A DNA stretch of 64,000 bases from Podarcis tiliguerta (taxonomy: Eukaryota): assembly GCA_965153285.1 (NCBI GenBank), contig OZ229115.1; one strand, written 5' to 3'. Under the pieces are notes generated by a model that worked only from the letters and a program-made list of their open reading frames with translations, was not told the DNA's origin and did not search any database. Below, in pieces: positions 1-11,513 of the stretch. Made by a program: the position numbers and the translations under genes. Every line of letters begins with the position of its first letter. The first letter of the stretch is position 1.

Positions 1-389
1 GATAGAAGCAGGGAATACTAAGCAAGGATAATTATACCAGTTTTGAGGAAGAAATGGAAGGTTGAAACCCAAAATCTGTCATAAATGGGAGGACTGAAGG
101 AAGAAACCACTGCAGGGGGTCCCATTCTAGAGGAACTAGATCCAGTGGTATCTGTAAAATTAATATGTTGCTATGGTTTTTGCCCTCCAAGTAATAACAT
201 TAAAATCCAGGATATTTTTCAAGAATGGCAAAGATGGTACAATTTAAATTACTGTTCATGGTTTATGTTCTTTTTCAAAGACTGAGTAAAATACTTTACG
301 ATTCTGGACAAACTACTAAAGAGCTTCTGACTATACCAGTTTGTAGTCATTAAATACAGATAAATGGCTTTGAGTATCATTTCCCCTCC

Positions 390-408
390 TGGCCACAAGA
401 TGGCAATA
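390..408 (+). promoter_or_regulatory. Candidate CTCF motif
   Basis: TGGCCACAAGATGGCAATA resembles the CCASYAGRKGGCR core; motif only, occupancy unknown. Confidence 0.35.
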
Positions 409-489
409 AAATGAAAGACTAAAGCGCTATATTTCAGCTGTCAAATGAAGCAATTAGGGTAACTCCTTACTCCTACACCTTTTACAATA

Positions 490-698
490 CAGTCTTATCT
501 TGGTTCTCAAACTTAATCCATTCCAGGAGTCCGTTTGACTCCCGAAACCATTCGAAGACCAAGGCACGGCTTCTGATTGGCTGCAGGAGTTTGGCTTCCA
601 GAAAACATTCACAAACTGGAACACTTCCTTCTGGGTTTGCGGCGTACAGGAACCGATTTGTTTGGCAACTAAGCCGTTTGGGAACCAAGGTACGACTG
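490..698. mobile_element. Tigger-like MITE
   Basis: TA flanks; CAGTCTTATCTTGGTT / AACCAAGGTACGACTG termini; same family as 20186 and 26755 copies. Confidence 0.8.
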
Positions 699-1599
699 TA
701 CATACGTCCTTCATTACCATGCCATGCAACTGTATAGCCATTCATCAACATTTTACTAAGAGCATATTATATTTTAAAACTGAAAGATGGCAGAAGGTAT
801 AAAAGAACACATAAGTGAGGAAGTAGCTGGAGTCAAGATGAGATGAAGGCCCCAGTGAGGTACTGTGTATCACTGCCAGCTTGGTTGGCACTAATGCAAA
901 AAAACCCAAACCTCCCATGTATAGCTCCTTGGGGTGGAAAGGGGAAGAGAATGTACTACTTATTGGTCCCAGATACCAGTGCCTTCTCTAAGACCATTGG
1001 TTCATCTAGTTCAGTATTTTCTACCAAGTGTCATTCTACACTTACTGTCAGCAGTTCTCTAGGTTTCAGATGGAGGACGTTCCCAGTGGGAGCACTGAAC
1101 CTGGAGCACTGAACCTGGGGCGTTTTGCAGGTTCTTTTGCAACATCAGCTAAACATCAGCTGACCAAACATCACCAGACCAAAACCAAACTTACTATGAC
1201 CCAAGGAAGAAATACAAGGAACTACAATTATAGCTAGGACCATCCCTGACAAGGTTCTACTTCTTCCAAATGTTTCCAGTCGTAATACATGATGGCATCA
1301 TACAGAGATTGAGCACACTGCAAAGTAAACTAGCTGGGACTTTGCAACAGGCGATTCTTAGGACAGAATGATCCTCTACTGCTCAGAAAGTTGGTGCACT
1401 GATGCTCATGCTTAGGAGTGGACTAAACAAAGAGAACAAAAGCCTTATGAAATGGGCTCACATCCCAGAAAATGAAAAGAAATGAGGAAAATAAGCTTGG
1501 TGTAATGATGTCAGATTTGGACCTTTATCATCTGTGTATAATAGATCCTCATGACAGTGTAATAATTGGTCAAACCTTATAAGAAGCAGTGGCCCAATA

Positions 1600-2190
1600 T
1601 CAGAGGTCTTGTTTTTCCCCCTTATGGTATACTGTGGGTGAATGAGGAAGACCTGTGATCCAGCCTTTCTCAATATTTAAGGAAATTTGATATAGCTGCT
1701 TTGCCAGAAACCTGAATGCTCACAAAAATGTAATTAATGGATGTTTAGTATACATGCTAACAGCGGTAGCACCCATAAAGAGTGGCAGAGCAACAGGAGA
1801 TTTAGCCCTTTTGATAGCCACAACATTAAGGGTTATAGTAACTCTTTTGTTTCAGTACTCTTCCAACTCTGTGTTCCCCACTATATGATAATTATTCTGG
1901 GACCAATTGGAGGCTGATTTACTAAATCTGCAAAATGAATATTCTATTGCAGGTGGTGTGTAGGACTTACTTCTGTGTAGACAAAGCTAGGACTGTGCTG
2001 TTAACTATCTTAAATCAGTCTGGAGAATGAGTTTTTGATCAAAGAAGATGGGATGAGTAATCAGAACACAATAGTAAAATAGATATGCTTTATAGTTCAT
2101 TCTGTTAAATAGTTTAAATTTAATTATTTTAAATGGGAATTCTAAGGTTTTGATAAGGTGTTTACATATTTAGGTCCCACAGGAGTGAAT
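1600..2190 (+). mobile_element. Decayed LINE APE-endonuclease fragment
   Basis: Broken motifs KFDIAAL.ET*, GRATGDLALLI, LIILNGNS, FTYLGPTG in the expected order; boundaries approximate. Confidence 0.6.
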
Positions 2191-3339
2191 GGAGTTCTTG
2201 GGACTTTATGAGCGGGAAGAATGTCCAGAAAGTGACCAACAACCACTGTTGGTTCAATTTGCATTTAATGACAAAACAAAACTTTTGCCCTCTGAACAAA
2301 GCCATAAAATTGAATCAGTCCAAACTACAAGACACAAATAAGGACCAATGTGAACTGGTCATCATACATATTTTAAGCTGCATTTTTTATAAGCCTGCAA
2401 GCTGCCCAGAAAACCAAAGTTAAAGGAGTGGAATATAAATACAATGAACAGACAAATTCCTTTTTCAGTTACTGTGCAGGATGTTTGCTGCAGGATAAGA
2501 TTTATAAATATGAAAAATAAGGGGGGGGGGGGCTAACTGATTTTTTAAAAATGCTTGACATCCAGAAACACAGCACAAATACACAAACACACACACTACC
2601 CCCCCCCAACTATACATTTCAGCAACATCATGGAGGACTGTTTTTGAGCCTCAACACTAAAAGCCATTGGCTCTGTTTGACTGATTTCTAAGCTCAGCTT
2701 TGAATGAGCCTTTGCCCATGTCTGCAGTTCCTTTGCTCTTCTCTTGTTGCCGCAGTAATTTCATGCAAGCTACAAATGGCATTGGAATAGGAGGGGGGAA
2801 TGCTGCCTTTGATATTAAAATGAACAGGAATATTTTCCATTCAAGAGAGAAAAGAGGTGGGAGATAGCACTTCAACATTTATTTATTGGATTAAAAAAAA
2901 ACACATTATACTGAACCAAGTATTTCATGCAATATACAGGTCAGGCTCCAAAGTGCTGCTCAGGCAAACTTAAAAGGGTTTGCACTAGGCCCCGTGGAAT
3001 GTGCCACAGGGGGGCTCTTGTTTGACCCCCCCAAATGTATTTAAAGCTTTAAACAAGTTTTAAATCTTGTTCAGATCCTGCCTATGACATCTACTGAGCC
3101 ACCTATTTTCTCTCTATACACCATACAGTATTTGACAACATTTCAAAACACTCAGTAATTTATTTAACACTAGAGGGCAAAGTTGAGATTTCCAGTTTTA
3201 CTTTGCAAGCATATTCTAACCTTCATTATTCTCCATAGGCTAGCCATTGACTTAAATGTCACAAAAGATGAGGTCACAGTGAACTAAAGGAACAATCCCT
3301 TTATTCAACTACTTTAGTGAGAGCTTCCAAAGGAGTACT

Positions 3340-4560
3340 CATCCTTTGTTAAACATTTTGTAGTGCAGCACACTCCAGCCTTCTGGATTGCTTGTTGTAT
3401 AGGAGTCTTATGTTCCTATTTGGATGGCTGCTTCCAGAAGGAGGTGCTGGAGGACTGTGGCTTTGCCCCTTGGTTTTTATGCTATGGTGTGCTTCAAGGC
3501 CCTGCCTTGTCCCCTATCTTAAAAATTGAAGGGTTTCATTTCTCATATTCAGATGAGGCCATGGATGCGTTAAAACTAGCGCCTGAAACTGAAGCTCAAC
3601 AGAAACAAGATAGAGGTACTGCTGGTGAGTGGCTTGCCTGACTTGTGAAGTGTCAGTCAACCATTTCTGAATGGTGTTGCACTCCCCAGAAAGAAGAAGA
3701 AGAAGAGTTTGGATTTGATATCCCGCCTTTCACTCCCCTTCAGGAGTCTCAAAGCGGCTAACATTCTCCTTTCCCTTCCTCCCCCACAACAAACACTCTG
3801 TGAGGTGAGCAGGGCTGAGAGACTTCAAAGAAGTGTGACTGGCCCAAGGTCACCCAGCAGCTGCATGTGGAGGAGCGGAGACACGAACCCGGTTCCCCAG
3901 ATTACGAGACTACCGCTCTTAACCACTACACCACACAGGAACAGGTCTGCAAATTGCAGTTTTCCAGGTTACCCCTTAGTGTTGGAGGCCCAAAAGGTAT
4001 ACATGGCATAATGTACCTGTTGTAACCTTGACAGGGATAATCCATCCCACCACACTGTTTTATGCGTTGGTACAAAACAGAGTAGTGAGATGACCAAACA
4101 GGACTGGTGGGAAATGGACCGTGCTAGTTTTGAATCAGTTACATAGACTACCAATCTGTTTCCAAGCACAATCCAAAGTGCTGATTTTTATCTTTAAAGT
4201 CTCTATATAGCTTAGAACCTGGGTTCCTGCCCTTTTCCAACAAACTCATGTGGACAATGGGGCCAGCAAGTGGAGGCTGTTCCATGTATAGGTCATTGGG
4301 TGACTCCTACCGTATCACCCAAACAGGACTCAGGATGTGTCCTTTTCTACTTAAACACATTGGTTACAGAACAATTTTTCCAGGAAAGCTCACATGGCAC
4401 AGTCTGAAGGTTTTCCAAAGCCTGGTGAAAATCTTTATCTGCCTAGGCTTTTTACTTTGTTATTATGTCAAGACTTTTCGTTGCTTGCTGGTTTCTTTTT
4501 TAAAATGATGATGATGATGTAAAACACTCTGAAAGTCTTTGAGCAGTGGAGTAACAATAA
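3340..4560 (+). mobile_element. Decayed L2-like LINE fragment
   Basis: YGVLQGPALSP (GVPQGS-like RT motif) and downstream decayed sequence resuming after the SINE; boundaries approximate. Confidence 0.55.
3689..3938 (-). mobile_element. Squam3-type tRNA-derived SINE inserted in an L2-like fragment
   Basis: Minus strand has GTGGTGTAGTGGTTAAGAGC (A box), GGGTTCGTGTCTCC (B-box-like), GGGTGACCTTGGGCCAGTCAC core and (CTT)n tail. Confidence 0.8.
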
Positions 4561-5227
4561 ATTAGCAGCTAAGAGACTGAATGAATCCCTTGCTTCTGCC
4601 ATGAATTCTCTATGAGGTTTTATTCACATCACTTTTCTCTCACAACCATACAAGAGAGATAATTTTATGGAAATCTCTTCCATTTGAAGCCAGACCATCC
4701 CCATCCCCATGGAACACCTGCTATCTACTGTAGACTTTAAAAAAAATAATCCTGCAGGCATTTTAACTGAATTTTGATTTTATATTTCTAACTGACTTTC
4801 TTTATTGTATTTTTGTACATCACTTAAGGGATGGTTGTAGTGAAGGAGTATATAAATTGTTTAAATGAATAATTCTTACAGGGCTGTTTTCAGAATTAGC
4901 ATAATGCATGCGAAGCATTTAAATTTCATAGTACGATACATATAAATTCTAAATATTATTATGGAAATGTTAATTGTTATAATCAAATAGTCTTTGATAT
5001 TTTTCAGAATGAATGGATAACAGGTAAATTCACTCCCCTTAGATCTGGCCATGTTCTCATGTACTGAAAGTCACAGCTGTTAAAGAGGCATATGTATATG
5101 AAACTCAGTAGAAAGGTAATTGTGGATTTATAATATTTATGTTTGAGATAGTGGATATGAATCCAAACTACTTCAATTATTTTCTTGTGGACACCTCTAT
5201 GGCTCCATAAAACACAAGTAAAAGACA

Positions 5228-5465
5228 GGGTGGAATTCAAAGAAATCATTCTGCTGTCACAATGATTTCTCCTTGCACAACAGAACGTTCTCCTGCTCTT
5301 CTGCCCCTTACCTCCCCCTAAATCTGTTCTAGGGTTTCTCTCAACACTCTAAAGCAGATTTGGGGACAGCATAGGGTGTATGTAAGAGGGTGGGGAGGGG
5401 GAAAGACCAGCTGCACAAGCAAGAGAGTTGCTCTTTTCATGCAACTGTCTAGTTGAATTCCACCC
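5228..5465. mobile_element. MITE with 13-bp TIR, PIF/Harbinger-like
   Basis: GGGTGGAATTCAA / TTGAATTCCACCC with 3-bp ACA on both flanks. Confidence 0.7.
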
Positions 5466-8400
5466 ACAATATCTAACCCTGTAAGAACACACACAAGCCT
5501 AAGAAATGTTTCTGGGTTCCTTTGGCATATGTACACTTTCAGACACAGAGGCAGGTCTTGAGGTATCAATGATGTATTTTCATATCTTACAAATGGGAAT
5601 TAGGGCTTTCACAAAAGGTATGTCTTCCAAAAGCAACACAGAAAGCATACTGTATACTATGTGTAATTTCATCCCTCTGCCAACCAAACAAGCTTGATTA
5701 GTCCGCAGTAAATCTATAGATTTTAGAAAGGACAAATAATGTTTCATCGACACAAGCCCTAGTGAGGAAACAGTTGTAGCAGCAGCTACTTTTTAAAACA
5801 GAGAAATCATCTTTTAAGAAGTATACCAGCGGGCTGTCTTGGCTTTCGGTCAGTGAAGCATGCATTATTGTACCTGATGCATCTAAAATCCAGCTGACCG
5901 ACTTTCAAGAAAAGTGGGTTCAGACTGGAGCTCTTTGAACATTAATGTTTCATAAGAAGTTGATGCATAGCAGATACAGGAATTCAGACTATTATGCAGG
6001 GCTCAGTAACATGCATGCTTCTTTGGCCAGCAGAGAATTTAAAAGAAAACTCCTACAACTGTCTAAAGTAGGACATGTGTTACAAAGAAGCAGTTGGAAA
6101 ACGATCCAGTTTCTTCCTCCTTTTGCTGATTCCCTTTGAAAGCAATTAACTCTCAATGGCTAAACATGACCTACTTCACAGTGCATAATGGAAAACTGCA
6201 GAGATCGGGGGGGGGGGGGGGAATAACTTTAATGCATAAAAACACCACATGCATACCTCCTTAAGAATGAATCAAATAACTTGCAATCTACCAGGTATGC
6301 AAATCACAGGCATGAGCTGCATTCTGATTTTTCAGTCTGCATTTTCCAGTTCCAGTCTAACAAGATGGGAAATGAGAGGTTTCTCAGATCACTGGAGGAC
6401 CACAACTGGTTTGATGGAGCACAAGCTGTCAAAAGCTCCCCTGACGTACAAATGTATCCCAAGGATTCCTAATGCTATTTAACATCCCTAGCATTAAAGG
6501 AGTCTACCCTCTCTTTAAAGCACAAAATGATTAGATGCTCACTGGTTCCTTCTTAGGGCCCAGGCTCTGCTCTCAAAATCTCACCTTGGGAACAAACTGT
6601 TTGGAGCGTAGATCACTTCTTTGAGGCCAGGCTTGGCATGTAACCAGAACTTTGCTATATCTCATCCCAATCCTAGGCAAACCCATGCAAAGCTGGGAGG
6701 ACGGCATGCGGGCACGGAACCACTGCTAATGTTATCAGGGTGGTTTTGCTGAATTGCACTCATAATCAAGCCTTGGCAAATAAGCATTTCAATCCAGATC
6801 ATCAGAGACGAATCAAGTTGTCCTATTGTTACAAATCTTTCAGTCCACACACAGATTTTCAGAAAGATTAAAATGATTGAGGCAGTGAATTGTGAATTTA
6901 ATAAGTAATTAAGCAGTTATGTTTGCTATTTGAAAAAGTGGAATAAACTACACACAAGCAAATACAGTTTATAATCCATGGACATAAATTATTCTGGGTG
7001 CTGTTGGATGCTCTCTGCACCAAGCCTAACTGCTAAAGGCAGAAATTGTACGCACTGCAATCTGCACATACTGCAGCTTTGATGTAAGCCAGTTCCCCGC
7101 TAACAAGAAGTGGTACATTCCTTAGAGGAGTAGTAAAAGAAAACAACACGAGAATAGCATCTGTGGATCGAAGCAGTCTGGGTGAGCAGGGTAAGGAAGA
7201 GAGTGAAATCAATATATATCAAGCTGTGAAAGCAGGTTGCGTCCTTATATGCATTCCCCTCAGAAATTCAATTAAATCAGAACCATCAGAGGGTTGTTTT
7301 TTTCATTTGCCCATCAAATTATTTTTAGGCCTACACTCCAAAAACGAAGTGCTTAAAAGGTTTTAATGTTCCACTGGCCATGACTATAGGCCAGAATGAT
7401 TTTTAAATTGTTATTAATATGGTGCTGCATTAACTTTGAAGCACTACAGTATTTTAATAGGAAATCTTATAGTGAAATCCTACAGATTTCTACACAGAGG
7501 TATGCCCCATTGAATTCAACTGGACTTATTCCCAAGCATGAATAGGATTGCAGCCTGAAATTGAGGTAACTAAGACATTCAACTGCATCCAAGAGATATT
7601 CCAGGAAATCTGTAAAGCCATCTATGATTGATTTTATTCTGTTTACAGAGCAGCTCAATTTTACACATCCTTAACAGAACTCAAAGCACCAGCTAAGGGC
7701 TTGGGAAGAAAACCTGGCAACTCTTTCTGTTTAATGTTTACATCCAAGTACGTATTTGTTCTGAAAAGGTTGAAAAAACATAACTGAAACTCAGTTCCAA
7801 GAACTATCCATAACATTGCTTTGAGGGGGTGGGGAAGCAAATAGTAAGCTCTCAAATTAATGTATCAAAGTACATTTAGCAAAATCTAGTCACATTTATA
7901 TCATAATGTTAATGCAATAAGCAAGTAAAACCCACTGCGACAGCAAGCCCTTTTACATCAAATCTAATCTACTGTTGCAAGCTACTATGGCAAAACAAGT
8001 CAACTGGAACAAACAGAACTAAAAGGTATTTTCCAGTGATTTCAATGTGGTTTAGTTTAGTTTATTGAGGATTTAGATATACTACAAAATCCTGACTCTA
8101 CTGAAAACAGTGGCTAAGTTTCAATCAGATGAGGAAAGCCGTTACTTCTCTGTGTAAACAGATCTACAGGGCAATCCTATATATGTCTACTCAGAAGAAA
8201 TCCTCTTGAGTTCAATGATATGATTGCAGCCTTACTGAAAGAGGTTACTATCATTAATGGAACGGATACCCACATATGTTACTTAACGATAAAAATAAAA
8301 ATACGTTACTGAAGGAAATTACAAACAAAAAACGTTAGCTCTTTGGGCAATCAAGTTCTATCCATACTTTCTCCTGAAAAGTCACTCTGAAACAGTTGTT

Positions 8401-8872
8401 GTGCACAGAAATATCTGCTTTGGATCCATGAATACCAAAAGAGGGAGAAGACACTGAGAAGAGATGTGGGGACTCATGTGTACACCCTGCTCCTAAGCCT
8501 GGCTGCATGCTAACCACAGTTAATCACCTCACAGTGGAATCCAATAGGAGTGTAGATTCCCAATAGATCCACGTCCGATCCACACATCATTCTGGGGGTT
8601 GCAGATCAAGTGAGTCACTCAATTTCCCTCACTCTTGCTCAAGGCTGTCACCTGAATTAGCTAGATCTTTTTAACTGATAATAAATCACAGTCAGTCCAT
8701 AAAAAAAGAAGACTTTGGAGTCGTCTTGCCCAAGAACGGCAACTAGACATTCTGTTTTGGCAACTGGGACCTTGGTTTAAGGAGCCATTTGGTGCCTAGC
8801 TTTATAAATATAATGCCTGCTCATGGCTTCCTGTGGAGAATTACTCAAAGACACTGCAGGATTCTTTTTTAC

Positions 8873-9012
8873 CTTGACTGAAGAAGCAGCGTAGAGCATA
8901 TCCTCAAGTGTAAAATGGCAACATCGGTTCAAGTACTCCTGACAAAATTCCTGTATCAGTTGCAGATTATACAAGCTGTCAGCCAGTGACATGGTTTCTT
9001 TAAAACATATAT
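8873..9012 (-). CDS. CAMSAP2: CAMSAP2 coding exon 7 (140 nt); gene continues beyond the window start
   Basis: TTTTATAG acceptor and GTAAAA donor; (D)ICFKETMSLADSLYNLQLIQEFCQEYLNRCCHFTLEDMLYAASSVK; I did not find the next exon (SNYLVFMAELFWWF...) in 1-8872. Confidence 0.96.
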
Positions 9013-9228
9013 CTATAAAACAAAGAAAAATATGATTTAGGCATTTTATGAAACCTGACCCAACATCCACCACTACCCCCATCTCTTTTGCTCATGGCAA
9101 AATAAGATTACCCATTTGTTCTTAAGTGTGTTCAGAACAAAATGGAAACTGCAGTTCATTTCAAAGAGATTTATGTTTGCTGCTAATGTATTTCTGAATT
9201 ATACAGGTTTTATTAGACCAGTGATTGT

Positions 9229-9265
<37 letters not shown>

Positions 9266-10579
9266 ACAGTTGCACAGTACAAATACTTATCATTTCTTCA
9301 TATTTCATCTTAATATCTTCACACTGGTGTTTACCCATCAAATTTGGAAATAGAAACCAATTTCAAACTATGGCTTTCAAATCAAGTTTGGAGCATTAGA
9401 CATTAGCCACAGTCAATCAATTCTGACATCATGGGAAGTACTAAATTTACAAACTGAAACTGCTCAATAGGTGAAGTGGCTCATTCACATTCTCCTGAAC
9501 TGGTCTGGAGCAGAGATGGAGGACCTGTGGACTTTAGTTATGAATATACTCCAACTACTATCAGCCCCAGCCAGGATGACCAATTGTGATGATGGGGACT
9601 GTAGTCCAAAAACATATGGAGAGCTACAGGTTCCCCATCCCTAGGTAAAAGTGATAAACATTGAACTTAAAAGCTGTTTGCTCACACAAACATCTGGAGT
9701 AAGCCTTTAGATACAAGGGCAGGTACTACTAGTGACACTTGGATTCTGGTTCAATACTAATGATAAATATTAAAATTTTAGCATATAATACAGTACTTTT
9801 CCAAAGTGTTCAGGGTTCTTTATGTATACTCTCACAGAATTAATTAGATTTGAACCAAGAGCTTTTTGGCTCACCTTTCCTGCCTGTTGGCTGTGCAAGC
9901 CGAAGGGCCAGTGTGCCTCGCGTAGCTGATGACTGGGGAAGCGGCTGCTGCTGCTGCTGCTCTACCCCGCATGTCAGCTGTTAGGCAGGAGGCCTCAACA
10001 AAGGCTCACTGCGCCTCTAGCTCATTAGGAGATCCTCCCCAGAGCCTGAAGAGAATGTCCTCTTCAGGTTCTGGAGAGGGTCCCCTCATGAGACAAGAGG
10101 ACTCTCCAGGCACTCCTCATTTCCAGAATCCACTTCCAGGATCCCAGCACTGCACCTGTGCGCAGTTGTACACAGAGTTTGCGTAAATGGGAAAGTGCCT
10201 GTATTAGTATATTCCATGATGTATAGAAGACCTTGCAATTTGTGCTCCTTGATTCCACACACTGTGTAATCAGTCAACAGGTGAGTTGTTTATGAAAACA
10301 CCTTTATAATACCATTTTCTTTTCTTTTAATGGTTATTTAGGATTAACTAGGATGAACAAGTATAAAATCACTAACTGGGCTGTTACTAATGTGGTTATT
10401 ATTTCAACCCAACAGTGTAACACACTGCATGTATTTGATGAATAGAAACCCATGCTGGTTTAAATAAATACATAACATTATTTTGGGTGCTTATACGCTT
10501 CCAAAAAGTTCACAGGGTAGACTGCAAAATCATAATACAGTTAACAAGCAGAGGTATCATTAAGAAGAAATATTCTTAC

Positions 10580-10721
10580 CCTCCAATCTGACTATATCTG
10601 GGCAGTAAAAGTGGATCAGGGCAGCTAAAGCACAGCCATCTGTGCCATCCTTCAGCAGATTTTCCACCAATGGGATACAGGGCAGCTGCTTAAGTAGGGT
10701 TTGTTCCTTCCTGTAACGAGC
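10580..10721 (-). CDS. CAMSAP2: CAMSAP2 coding exon 6 (142 nt, calponin-homology region)
   Basis: GACAG acceptor and GTAAGA donor; ARYRKEQTLLKQLPCIPLVENLLKDGTDGCALAALIHFYCPDIVRLE. Confidence 0.96.
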
Positions 10722-11480
10722 CTGTCATGCAAAAATGAAATAAAATAGACATGCCCAGAAACATATGTGAAAACAGATTGTACTGCAGATGCTGTAACCA
10801 ATTAGCAAAAAAAAAGGGCTAGTTCCAAACCAGACATAGTTATATTATTTTATATAGATTTAGCATTTATAAGCAAAATATAGATTCATTTTAAAGGAAA
10901 AACCAATGCCAATTCCGTTCAGAGCAGTGCCAGTTGCACACATATGGCATTTCAATCAATATGGAACAGTTCACATAGTACTTAGAAAAGGAATGTCCAG
11001 CTTCAGTAGAATAATGCAATGGGAAACATAGAACGACAAAGATAAGGCACAAATCCTACTCATCTGAAACCCAAATCTGTACATAGCTGTTTCAAAAAAA
11101 CTGTGTTAACTAACAACTATAGTCTTTACAGAGGTCTTAGAAAAGGGAAGTCATTCACACAACATAAAAGAGAAATGAGTTTGCATATGAACAAACCTAT
11201 TATTACAGTCATGTAAAACCTGGGGTAAAAAACACAAACACCAAACAAAACCCTTTGATTTCCACATTGCAATTATTTTACGTACACAGATGCAAACACG
11301 TACAAATCATGATGCACAGCATAGAGTGTTCCCATATAATCTACTTCTGCTGCCCCTTTGGACAGAAATCTACCAAACTGGTAAAAGAGGCACGAGAGCA
11401 ATGAACAACTGGACCACCATGACATGGGCAGAGCCATTCATACAAAATTAAACTGTTGTATCAAAGTGAAGCAAACTTAC

Positions 11481-11513
11481 AGGAACCAGTTTCCAAAACC
11501 ATTTGGAAGGAGA
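11481..11513 (-). CDS. CAMSAP2: CAMSAP2 33-nt cassette exon (SPSKWFWKLVP)
   Basis: TCTGAAG|TCTCCTTCCAAATGGTTTTGGAAACTGGTTCCT|GTAAGT; phase 0-0; matches the 11-aa segment present in the long mammalian CAMSAP2 isoform. Confidence 0.93.
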
